The translations under genes were made by a program, and so were the position numbers. A DNA stretch of 64,000 bases from a virus. This document shows, one piece after another, positions 56,515 to 64,000 of the stretch; position 1 is the stretch's first letter; the number at the start of each line of letters is the position of its first letter. A model generated the notes under the pieces. It searched no databases. It was not told where the DNA came from and saw only the letters and a list, made by a program, of their open reading frames with translations. Location of the stretch: the IMG/VR virus record IMGVR_UViG_3300047310_000412, positions 19,953 through 83,952 of that record; one strand, written 5' to 3'.

Positions 56515-57999
56515 TTAGCGGTTAACATTGATCAAAACATTGGCGAAGTGAATGGCACCGGCCAGCTTCACCGCGATCTGGATCAGCGGAGCGATACGCG
56601 CTTCGCGATCGGACTGGGCCTGGGTCTCGACCAGATTGGCAAACGTGTACCAGCCGCGTGCCAGAAGATCGCCCTGGATCAATTCACCAAAACCCGGTGC
56701 GTTCCAGATACCCGGCGCGATCAAGCCGTTGTTGACGCCTTGGGCAAGCCCGCCATCGGCGGCATTGACCAGTGTGTGGACACCGGGATTGGTCTGCGGG
56801 ACTTTAGGCTGCGTGTAGAGCGTGTTCCAGACATCGTTCTGCACGCGGTTGCTGAGCCAGTCGAGACCGTGCATTTCATCAAAGTATGCACGCCCGGACA
56901 TCACGCCTTCTTGGTTGATCGACGTGCCGTTGTTGTAGATGACGTAGACGTTGCAGCGCTTCGACGCGATGGTCGATGCTTGCGCCCCGGTGAGCAATTC
57001 GGGGACGACCCCAGGCTCGACTTTGAACTTCATGGTGATCGTGGTGTTTATGCCTTCGAAGTTCGTAGTGAGCGCGCGACCAAAGAAACTGCAAATCGCG
57101 AAGGCGTTGTTGATCGAATACTGGATCACCGTCCGCGTGTAGTCGGCCAGCATCAACTGGCTGGCCAAATCGAGCGACGACGACGGATCGAGGATCGTCG
57201 CTTCGGCTGTGGTGATGCCATAGAGATGCTTATCGGTCGCCGCCTCCAGATAGCCCGAGCAGGCTATGTGCTGGGCGTCGGTCAGCGGGACGGAGGCAGC
57301 AAATGTCGCCGCGTACCAGCCGCGCCCATCGACGCGCGCCAGCGCTGCCACGGGCGTTTCGGGCGCGAGACCGGTGGACGAGCGCTCGGCCAGCGCCATC
57401 GTCATGTGCAGCTTCGCCGAAAGATCGGTGCCGCTGGTCGGCGCGGTGAGGAACGAGACCGCCGATTGCGGGCCGGTGGTGCCGCTGCCCAACAGAAACT
57501 GCTGCCCGTTCCACTGGAACGTCGCATTGGGAGCCAGAAGCTGAAGCGCCGTCTGGATGATACTCGCCACCGCATTGAGATTGGTCGCACCGGCAAAGCT
57601 GAGACCGGCGACATGCGTCGGTGTCGCTGCCCCGTCGAGCGTGACGCTAAAGCCGCCGGCCGTCACCGCGATCCAGGGAGCCATCAACTGCTCCAAGAGA
57701 GGCAACGGACCACCGGTCAGTTGCCCCTTGGTCGCGGTCCTGGCCCACGTGCCGATATAGAGGATCGCTGGTGTCGGAACCTGCGAGAAATACAAATCCG
57801 CCGCATAGTATTCGGGTGCGGTGGTGCCGTAGTCGCCAGCCACGTCATCGATCCGGTTGTACTCGCGGATCGCTTCGCCGCTGTCGATAAATGGCGTGTC
57901 GCCCATGACCAAGAGCGTGTCGAACCGCGTAGCCACGGCGGCCTGCGGGGAAAAGTTGACCTGTACGTCAACGACGCGTGAAACCGATAAGCCTTGCAT
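56515..57999 (-). CDS. tail sheath protein (DUF3383-like)
   Basis: LSVSRVVDV...PEYYAA.LYFSQ...TMKFK...DEMHGLDWL...KLAGAIH. Confidence 0.88.
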   Translation of the reverse strand: MQGLSVSRVVDVQVNFSPQAAVATRFDTLLVMGDTPFIDSGEAIREYNRIDDVAGDYGTTAPEYYAADLYFSQVPTPAILYIGTWARTATKGQLTGGPLPLLEQLMAPWIAVTAGGFSVTLDGAATPTHVAGLSFAGATNLNAVASIIQTALQLLAPNATFQWNGQQFLLGSGTTGPQSAVSFLTAPTSGTDLSAKLHMTMALAERSSTGLAPETPVAALARVDGRGWYAATFAASVPLTDAQHIACSGYLEAATDKHLYGITTAEATILDPSSSLDLASQLMLADYTRTVIQYSINNAFAICSFFGRALTTNFEGINTTITMKFKVEPGVVPELLTGAQASTIASKRCNVYVIYNNGTSINQEGVMSGRAYFDEMHGLDWLSNRVQNDVWNTLYTQPKVPQTNPGVHTLVNAADGGLAQGVNNGLIAPGIWNAPGFGELIQGDLLARGWYTFANLVETQAQSDREARIAPLIQIAVKLAGAIHFANVLINVNR

Positions 58000-58008
58000 G
58001 GCTCTCTC

Positions 58009-58227
58009 CTATGCGTTAACCGGATCGTGGGTAAGCGTCGTCGGCGGCTGCGCAGCCTGTAACGCAGCAACATCAGCCTGCAACTGGGCGACCAGTGTCT
58101 CAAGCGAAGTAGCCCGATCTTGCAGCGCAGTGATTTCCTGGCGCGCAATCTCGAAGTTATCCCGCACGTTGGACGTGTAGGCCTTGCCTTCATGCGGGAT
58201 AGAGCTATCGATCTGCGATGCCATCAA
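58009..58227 (-). CDS. small coiled-coil virion protein
   Basis: SQIDSSIP...VRDNFEIARQEITALQ. Confidence 0.6.
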   Translation of the reverse strand: MMASQIDSSIPHEGKAYTSNVRDNFEIARQEITALQDRATSLETLVAQLQADVAALQAAQPPTTLTHDPVNA

Positions 58228-58850
58228 ACCCCCTCACGGTCGGTATCCCATTCGACATCGACCGTCTGCGTAGTGCCCGGCGGATTGGCGAGGATCACGC
58301 CCTTCGCACGGACCAGATCGCGGATCAGATAAATCCGGCGGACTTCGCGGTTTACGATGATTTCCAGATCGTAGCGGTCGCGCCACTGCTGGCGAAAGAG
58401 ATCGGGGACGTGGTCGATCGTCTGCGCCTCGACCAGCCCTACCGCATTCAGCTTCCAGAACTGGCGGTTCTGCTCGACATAGAGACCATCGCGCAGCATC
58501 GAGCAGTTGTCGCCGGCATTCGGCCCATAGCAGGATACGCGATAAGTCACCTGTTCCTGCCGGCGCACGCGGTCATAGCCCGCAAGACCGCCGGTTGCGT
58601 CGCCGTAGTGCTGGCTGGATGGTTCGAAGCTCGCCGTGACGCGGGTTATCCCGCAAGCCGCCCAATCAACCGAGACATCGGGCGTGGGCGGCGGATTGGG
58701 TTGCCATCGCGGGCGTACCAGATTGCCCGGCAAGCCAATAATCCCGGCAACGTGGGCCTGGAGGAAATTCTCCCAACTGACCTGTAGCAGTGTCTCGGTA
58801 GGCGAAGGACCGAGATAGCCGGGATATCTACTGTCGGCGGCAAAGGGCAT
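58224..58850 (-). CDS. neck/tail terminator protein
   Basis: GYLGP...GLPGNLVRPRWQ...CYGPNA...RDGL..EQNR. Confidence 0.75.
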   Translation of the reverse strand: MPFAADSRYPGYLGPSPTETLLQVSWENFLQAHVAGIIGLPGNLVRPRWQPNPPPTPDVSVDWAACGITRVTASFEPSSQHYGDATGGLAGYDRVRRQEQVTYRVSCYGPNAGDNCSMLRDGLYVEQNRQFWKLNAVGLVEAQTIDHVPDLFRQQWRDRYDLEIIVNREVRRIYLIRDLVRAKGVILANPPGTTQTVDVEWDTDREGV

Positions 58851-59309
58851 CTAATGCACCGTGCCGCCGCTATACGGTGTCGGAACCGGCCCCGCCGGAT
58901 CATCGCCGCCCTTTTGCGGCGGCGGCGGATCGATCGCGTTGATCGAGACCGCGACGACGTGGATAAAGCCCCGCCCATAACCCGCGTAATCGTCCAGCGC
59001 GCGCACGACAAAGACCGAGCCGTGCCAGTAGATATGATCGGGATGCGTGACGACGTTGCCCAGTTCGTCGGTCGATGTCCCCTGGAAGCGGAATGGCGAA
59101 TAGACATCGATCGCCTTGTTGAAATATTCCTCTTCCGGCAGTCGCTGTAAGTCGTTGGGGCCGGCCGCCGTCACCACCGCGCGCGTGGTGATCGATTTCT
59201 CCGTCACCGTGTTCCGGCCGTTATTGTCCATGACGACGGTGCGACGAACGACAACGATATTGTCCCAAAAGCTGGGATCGAAGGCATCGTTAACGTCGAG
59301 TAAAGGCAT
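58851..59309 (-). CDS. head-tail adaptor/stopper
   Basis: MPLLDV...DLQRLPE...PDHIYWHG...YGRGF. Confidence 0.75.
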   Translation of the reverse strand: MPLLDVNDAFDPSFWDNIVVVRRTVVMDNNGRNTVTEKSITTRAVVTAAGPNDLQRLPEEEYFNKAIDVYSPFRFQGTSTDELGNVVTHPDHIYWHGSVFVVRALDDYAGYGRGFIHVVAVSINAIDPPPPQKGGDDPAGPVPTPYSGGTVH

Positions 59310-59318
59310 AATACGCCT

Positions 59319-59930
59319 CTATTTCTTCACCACATATGAAATCGAGTTCAGCATCTGTGCGGTGTCAACCAAGGGAGTGGTATCCGACGCCACGCGCGCC
59401 TTCCTTGACGGTGTGCGGGCGCGTCGCAAAGCGATCGTGACTGGGCTGAGCGGCGGCTGGAGGCCGGCAACGATGCGGTTCTTCACCGCCGAGACCGCTG
59501 TCGTCCCGGCCGCGTGCAGCGCCCTGTCCATCCGCCCCGGCTCGCCGCTAAGCGCGGCCTCGCCCGCCTGCTGCATATAGCGCAGCCACGCGGCCTTACT
59601 TAGCTCGACGCCCGGTCCGAGCCACGGGCGCGCGGGGATATTGTTAAGGCCGCTGCCGTGTTCGTGGATATAGCCCAACGTCGCATTGGAATGGATACCG
59701 CCTTCAGCAGTGTCCTCTCGCCGCTCCGGTTCCGCCGTCGTCGCGTCATCGACAAGGCGCGGGCTATCCCTGTCGCTGGGAATGCCGATCAATACTTCGA
59801 TGCTGCTCAAAGCATCGAGCGCGGCTTGCAATTCGCGTGTGTGATCCTCGGTCATCTGGATCACACCGCCGGGCGTCAGCGGGATTTGCGGACCGCCCGA
59901 TGGCCGGATTGGCGGGGCAGAGCGAGCCAT
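59319..59930 (-). CDS. neck protein
   Basis: VLIGIP...NATLGYIHEHG..NIPARPWL...PLVDTAQMLNSISY. Confidence 0.8.
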   Translation of the reverse strand: MARSAPPIRPSGGPQIPLTPGGVIQMTEDHTRELQAALDALSSIEVLIGIPSDRDSPRLVDDATTAEPERREDTAEGGIHSNATLGYIHEHGSGLNNIPARPWLGPGVELSKAAWLRYMQQAGEAALSGEPGRMDRALHAAGTTAVSAVKNRIVAGLQPPLSPVTIALRRARTPSRKARVASDTTPLVDTAQMLNSISYVVKK

Positions 59931-60257
59931 TTAGTGAAGCGTGCCCGCTGACGGTGTCGGTTGGCCGTGGCCACGCATCGGGCGCTTGGGCTGAGCCATG
60001 GCGTGATCGATGCCACTCATCGGCAGATCAGCAGCCAAGACGGCGGCCAATTGCTTTGCCACGTCGTCATGCATCGCGGCCATTTTCGCGTCACCGGATT
60101 GCGCCGGTTGCGGCTGGCGCGATCGGCTCCTCGGCGTGTCGGGATCATGCGGCGGCTCCTCGGCCGCGCGCGCGGCGGCTTCCTCTTGGTGATGGTCGCG
60201 CATCGACACGTGATAATCGATATTCTTCTGGATATTCTTCCGCATCGTTGGTGTCAT
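59931..60257 (-). CDS. hypothetical protein
   Basis: GGGAGG RBS before MTPTMRKNI. Confidence 0.55.
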   Translation of the reverse strand: MTPTMRKNIQKNIDYHVSMRDHHQEEAAARAAEEPPHDPDTPRSRSRQPQPAQSGDAKMAAMHDDVAKQLAAVLAADLPMSGIDHAMAQPKRPMRGHGQPTPSAGTLH

Positions 60258-60270
60258 CGTGTGCCTCCCT

Positions 60271-61053
60271 TTAACCCGGTACGCCAACCAGATGGATCGG
60301 TGCCGAACCGGCCAATCTGAGGTAGTAGAGATACTGGTTGCCCCACGGTGTCTGGCCCCACCAACCGGCGTTGGCCTCCTGGCCAATCGACGTGTCGTAA
60401 CTCAGCGACACACCGCCTACCGATTTCGACGCCGGTACACCGACACCAACCAAGGATGAATAGCCGTAGTGGCCGCCCGGTCCTGTCCCGGTGCCGGGCG
60501 GTCCCGCCCGCTGTACCATCATGTCGGCAACAGCGAGATTGTGCGCTACGAAGAGATTTAGACCAAGCGTAAAAAACTGGCCCCAGCGCTGTTGGTTAAT
60601 AGCATAGCTCGCGTTGGGAGGTGAGCACGCGATGTCGATCCAATACTGGATTTCCGCATCGGTGAACCTCGCCGTGTCGGCAAAGGCCGGATAATCGATA
60701 CGGAACTGCCCTACCGTCATGTAGACATCGTTGGCCTGGGTGGACGTACAGAGGAGCGTTGCGGCATCCGACAGTATCCGACTGTCGGATAACGTGACTT
60801 CAGCCTTGATGTCATAGATCACACCGTCGATCATCTGACCCAGGAGCGCCGATGTCTTATTCGAAGAGAAGGTCGGCGCGGCGAGGATGCGATTGGTCGG
60901 GGTGGGATCATTGACGCCCGAAGACGCATCGACCGTCACCATCCATTGCACAGCGGCGATCGTGCCCCCCATCGGCCCGATCTGCGCGGTGAAGTCAAAG
61001 ACGAAATAGTCCGATGCCGGATCGGGCTTGATCGGTCCAAACGCGTCCGCCAT
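60271..61053 (-). CDS. head completion protein (DUF4054-like) with N-terminal adaptor domain
   Basis: FRIDYPAF...LFVAHNL...SKSVGGVSLSYD...WWGQTPWGNQY. Confidence 0.8.
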   Translation of the reverse strand: MADAFGPIKPDPASDYFVFDFTAQIGPMGGTIAAVQWMVTVDASSGVNDPTPTNRILAAPTFSSNKTSALLGQMIDGVIYDIKAEVTLSDSRILSDAATLLCTSTQANDVYMTVGQFRIDYPAFADTARFTDAEIQYWIDIACSPPNASYAINQQRWGQFFTLGLNLFVAHNLAVADMMVQRAGPPGTGTGPGGHYGYSSLVGVGVPASKSVGGVSLSYDTSIGQEANAGWWGQTPWGNQYLYYLRLAGSAPIHLVGVPG

Positions 61054-64000
61054 TTAGGCAACCCTCCTCAGCGGGGGCACGGTAATCAAACGCCCTCCGT
61101 TCCCTGTCGTGACCGTGCGAACGGACGGCGACGCCGCTGTGCCGTGGAGCCGGTCATCCCCCGTTGCAACGACAAGGCGATCGGATGGCGGCGGCGTCTC
61201 CAGACGATCGGGCGGCACGTCCGGTATAGTCCCCGGCACCCCCGGTATCCAGACATTGCCGATGCCCCCAGTGGCGACGAGCGTCTGATCGTCTTGCGCC
61301 CGGTCGAGGCCGCCGACAATCCGCAGCACACCAATCGCCTGAAGCGTCTGGTTAGCCTGGGATAGCGCCAGAGCGCCCGTAACCGGCCCCAGGAGAGCCG
61401 TGGCCGCCAGTGTCTGGTTGTCCTGGCTGACGGTGAGCCGCCCCGAAACAACCACCGTAGCGGTCGCTAGAAGCGTCTGTGGAGCCTGGGCAAGACTGGC
61501 CGTGCCGTAGACAACCGGGATGATGACGCCGCTCGCCACAAGCGTCTGATCGGCCTGCGTCCGGTTGAGGCTTCCCGCGAGCGCAACAGTTCCGCTCGCA
61601 GCGACGGTCTGATTGGCCTGAACTTGATTTAGAGTGCCAACAAAGCCGGTGACGGTCCCGGCCGACGCCAGCGTCTGGCTGGCTTGCGTCAGATTGAGAT
61701 TGCCGATGACCCCAGTAAGGATCGTGCCGGTCGCGACAAGCGTCTGTGGAGCTTGATTTAGACTGAGCGCCCCCGTGACGCCCACAGTTCCAACAGCGAC
61801 AGCCGTCTGCGCGGCCTGAGATACCGCCAGAGTGCCAGATACGCGGACCGTACCCGTGGCAGCAACCGCCTGCGCGGCTTGGGCGGCAGCGAGCGACCCG
61901 CTTGCTGTCGCACCGCCGCTCGCAGCGATCGTCTGATTGGCCTGTTGAACACCAAGCGTGCCACTTACAACCGCCCCACCAGACGCCGCGATCGTCTGCG
62001 GCGCTTGGTTAACACCGAGCGTCCCCGAAACGCGCACCGTGCCCGTCGCGGCAATAGTATCGGGCGTTTCGGTAACAGCGAGGATGCCGAGAACGGCAGG
62101 AAGGCTAAGCGGTTGCCAAATAACATCGGCTGAATAGTTGGTATCCGCTACCAGACCGGCCGGATATCCGGCCCCCATGTCGCCGTATCTTCCAATGATC
62201 CACGTTGCGTGGGCGGCATTGGTGACGTTTGGCGCAGAGCCTCCATAACTAAAAATATCGGAAACGTCATAAGAAATTACATAGTTGGAACCTGCCGCAA
62301 CCGGGATCGGAGACGGGAATGCGACCTGCACCCAGCCCGTTCCGGTTTCCGCAACCGATGCGTTCGACGTGGCGACCAGTGTCCCGGCGGCAGTCTCATA
62401 CAGAAACATCGGTCTGGAAGTGATCGTCGATGCAGCGGGTCGATGAAATTGAGCCTTTGTGATCTGCCCCGCGACGACGAAATGAACTTCATTACCGACC
62501 CGATAAGGACCGGGATACGTCAAATCTATGAGGGGCGATGCCTGAACGCTTTCTTCAGGACCATAACCGACACTGCCCGTTGCCGTCAGCGTCTGCGGAG
62601 CCTGGGCGAGGTTGAGGGTGCCGGTAAGGCCGCTGCTGATAACCGCGCCCGTTGCGACGAGCGTCTGGTTTGCCTGGGTAATCCCCAGCGTGCCGCTTAC
62701 AAGGCCCGTGCCGGTCGCCACCAGCGTGTGGTTTGCTTGAGTTCTCGCGAGCGTGCCGGAAACGGTCACACCACCAGTCGCGACAATCGTCTGATTAGCC
62801 TGGGTGGCTGTGAGCGTGCCGCGTACCTGAACGGTGCCTGCGGCGGTGACCGTGTCAGGGCTTTCGGTGACCGATAGTGTGCCGGTAATGGCGACGAGGG
62901 GGGCCGTGCCTGTCGCCGACAGCGTGTCGGCAGTCTCAGTGACCGCTAGAGTGCCAGTTATACCAGTACCAGCGATCTGATACGCCGGTTGCACCGCACC
63001 GGGATGCGTATAGTTGGTAACACCGGTTGTCTGCCCCGCCCTGTGCTGCGGGAAGGCTGGGGGCCAAGCAACAGCTACCAACCCGCTGATCGCTGGCTGC
63101 ACCGCACCCGGTGCGTCAAAGTTTGTTACACCTAAACTTTGCCCTGCGCCGTGTTGCGGGAAGGCTGGGGGCCACGGGGCGACCGCTATCGGAGCCGCAG
63201 GCCCAGTCCCTGTCGCCGCCAGCGTATCTGGTACTTCGCTGCGCGCCAGCGTACCGCCGACGATCGGCCCGCCAGACGCTGCCAACGTATCGGGAGCCTC
63301 AGTCTTTACCAGCGTGCCGACATAGGGAGTTCTGCCGGTCGAGACGATCGTGTCAGAAATCTCAGTAACAGCAACCGTGCCGGTCACGGCGGCAACAAAA
63401 TCAGCGGTGGTGATCGAAGCGGTGCCGATGCGGAAGAAAACGTTGTCGTTGTTACTCGATCCGGCAGTGGTTTCCTGCCACTCTACCTGAAAAAACAGAT
63501 ATGCGTTGTTGAGGACTATCTGTCCTGGCGAGGCGGTAATCGAACTATTTGTGTCGGCGGTAGTTGAGAGCGTGACGGTCGCGCCCGCCGTATTGGCGAT
63601 AAGCTGAGTGGCAACGGCTCCGGTAAGGTTAGTTGACCGGTACATCTTCATGTTGACGTGGCCGATACAACCTGCCGTCCCGGCCCGCATGTTGAAATTG
63701 AAGGTCCAGGCCGTGGCAGCGAAGGTGCCGGTTAACGGCCCAACGACAAAACAATCACCAGCCGTACCGCCACCAGTTCCCGTTCCCACAGTGGGACCGC
63801 TTGTCGAAGCGTTGTAACTGGCGGAAAGAGCGGGATCGGTGCTAGTCGCCGTCGCGCCAAGATGGCCGCGATAATACGGTGTGGTGATCGCAGTTTTGGC
63901 TGGTGCCCAACCAAAGGCCGAATTAGCTGCGGTCGGCGCTGAACCGTTAAGCTGAGTGTTGCCCCAGAAGTATGGGGTAACCGCTGGCGTTCCGAGGAGG
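61054..64000 (-). CDS. large repetitive virion protein with a DUF4082-like domain; 5' end lies beyond the window
   Basis: Frame is open to the window edge; many ~22-aa GTL..TQA.QT..A.G repeats; GNEVHF..AGQIT...GTGWVQVAFPSPI...YVISY...TNYSADV. Confidence 0.75.
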   Translation of the reverse strand, partial: LLGTPAVTPYFWGNTQLNGSAPTAANSAFGWAPAKTAITTPYYRGHLGATATSTDPALSASYNASTSGPTVGTGTGGGTAGDCFVVGPLTGTFAATAWTFNFNMRAGTAGCIGHVNMKMYRSTNLTGAVATQLIANTAGATVTLSTTADTNSSITASPGQIVLNNAYLFFQVEWQETTAGSSNNDNVFFRIGTASITTADFVAAVTGTVAVTEISDTIVSTGRTPYVGTLVKTEAPDTLAASGGPIVGGTLARSEVPDTLAATGTGPAAPIAVAPWPPAFPQHGAGQSLGVTNFDAPGAVQPAISGLVAVAWPPAFPQHRAGQTTGVTNYTHPGAVQPAYQIAGTGITGTLAVTETADTLSATGTAPLVAITGTLSVTESPDTVTAAGTVQVRGTLTATQANQTIVATGGVTVSGTLARTQANHTLVATGTGLVSGTLGITQANQTLVATGAVISSGLTGTLNLAQAPQTLTATGSVGYGPEESVQASPLIDLTYPGPYRVGNEVHFVVAGQITKAQFHRPAASTITSRPMFLYETAAGTLVATSNASVAETGTGWVQVAFPSPIPVAAGSNYVISYDVSDIFSYGGSAPNVTNAAHATWIIGRYGDMGAGYPAGLVADTNYSADVIWQPLSLPAVLGILAVTETPDTIAATGTVRVSGTLGVNQAPQTIAASGGAVVSGTLGVQQANQTIAASGGATASGSLAAAQAAQAVAATGTVRVSGTLAVSQAAQTAVAVGTVGVTGALSLNQAPQTLVATGTILTGVIGNLNLTQASQTLASAGTVTGFVGTLNQVQANQTVAASGTVALAGSLNRTQADQTLVASGVIIPVVYGTASLAQAPQTLLATATVVVSGRLTVSQDNQTLAATALLGPVTGALALSQANQTLQAIGVLRIVGGLDRAQDDQTLVATGGIGNVWIPGVPGTIPDVPPDRLETPPPSDRLVVATGDDRLHGTAASPSVRTVTTGNGGRLITVPPLRRVA

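Noticed and set aside
1-64000. Alternative genetic code, tRNA genes, integrase
   Set aside because: Conserved genes read through under the standard code and all three stops are used. No cloverleaf or recombinase motifs were recognised by eye.

Overview
This window is part of a GC-rich tailed phage genome with a contractile tail (myovirus type). The host is most likely an alphaproteobacterium, because at least 14 promoters match the rhizobial RpoD pattern CTTGAC-N17-CTATAT. Positions 1-6.8 kb form a mixed-strand block: a truncated ParB-like gene missed by the ORF track, an RHH regulator and a collagen/fibre-like gene. Positions 6.9-32.1 kb are an early/accessory region on the + strand built from repeated promoter(+stem-loop)+RBS cassettes. 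It carries an amidoligase, gamma-glutamylcyclotransferase, primase, sigma-like protein, QueC-like enzyme, HAD nucleotidase, a minimal ligase and many small ORFs. Positions 32.6-64 kb are the late morphogenesis operon on the - strand: neck, sheath, tube, a frameshifting chaperone, two paralogous tape-measure proteins, baseplate and three S74-chaperoned fibres. The most notable observations are: (1) a phage-borne module of two PEP-CTERM surface proteins with its own sigma-54 promoter and twin enhancer sites; (2) a family of promoter/stem-loop cassettes; (3) a promoter-driven structured ncRNA of about 255 nt at 18.05-18.3 kb, plus other structured intergenic RNA candidates; (4) duplicated tape-measure proteins with different cell-wall enzyme payloads; (5) a central spike fused to a long fibre. 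All product calls come from motif recognition by eye; no database searches were run.
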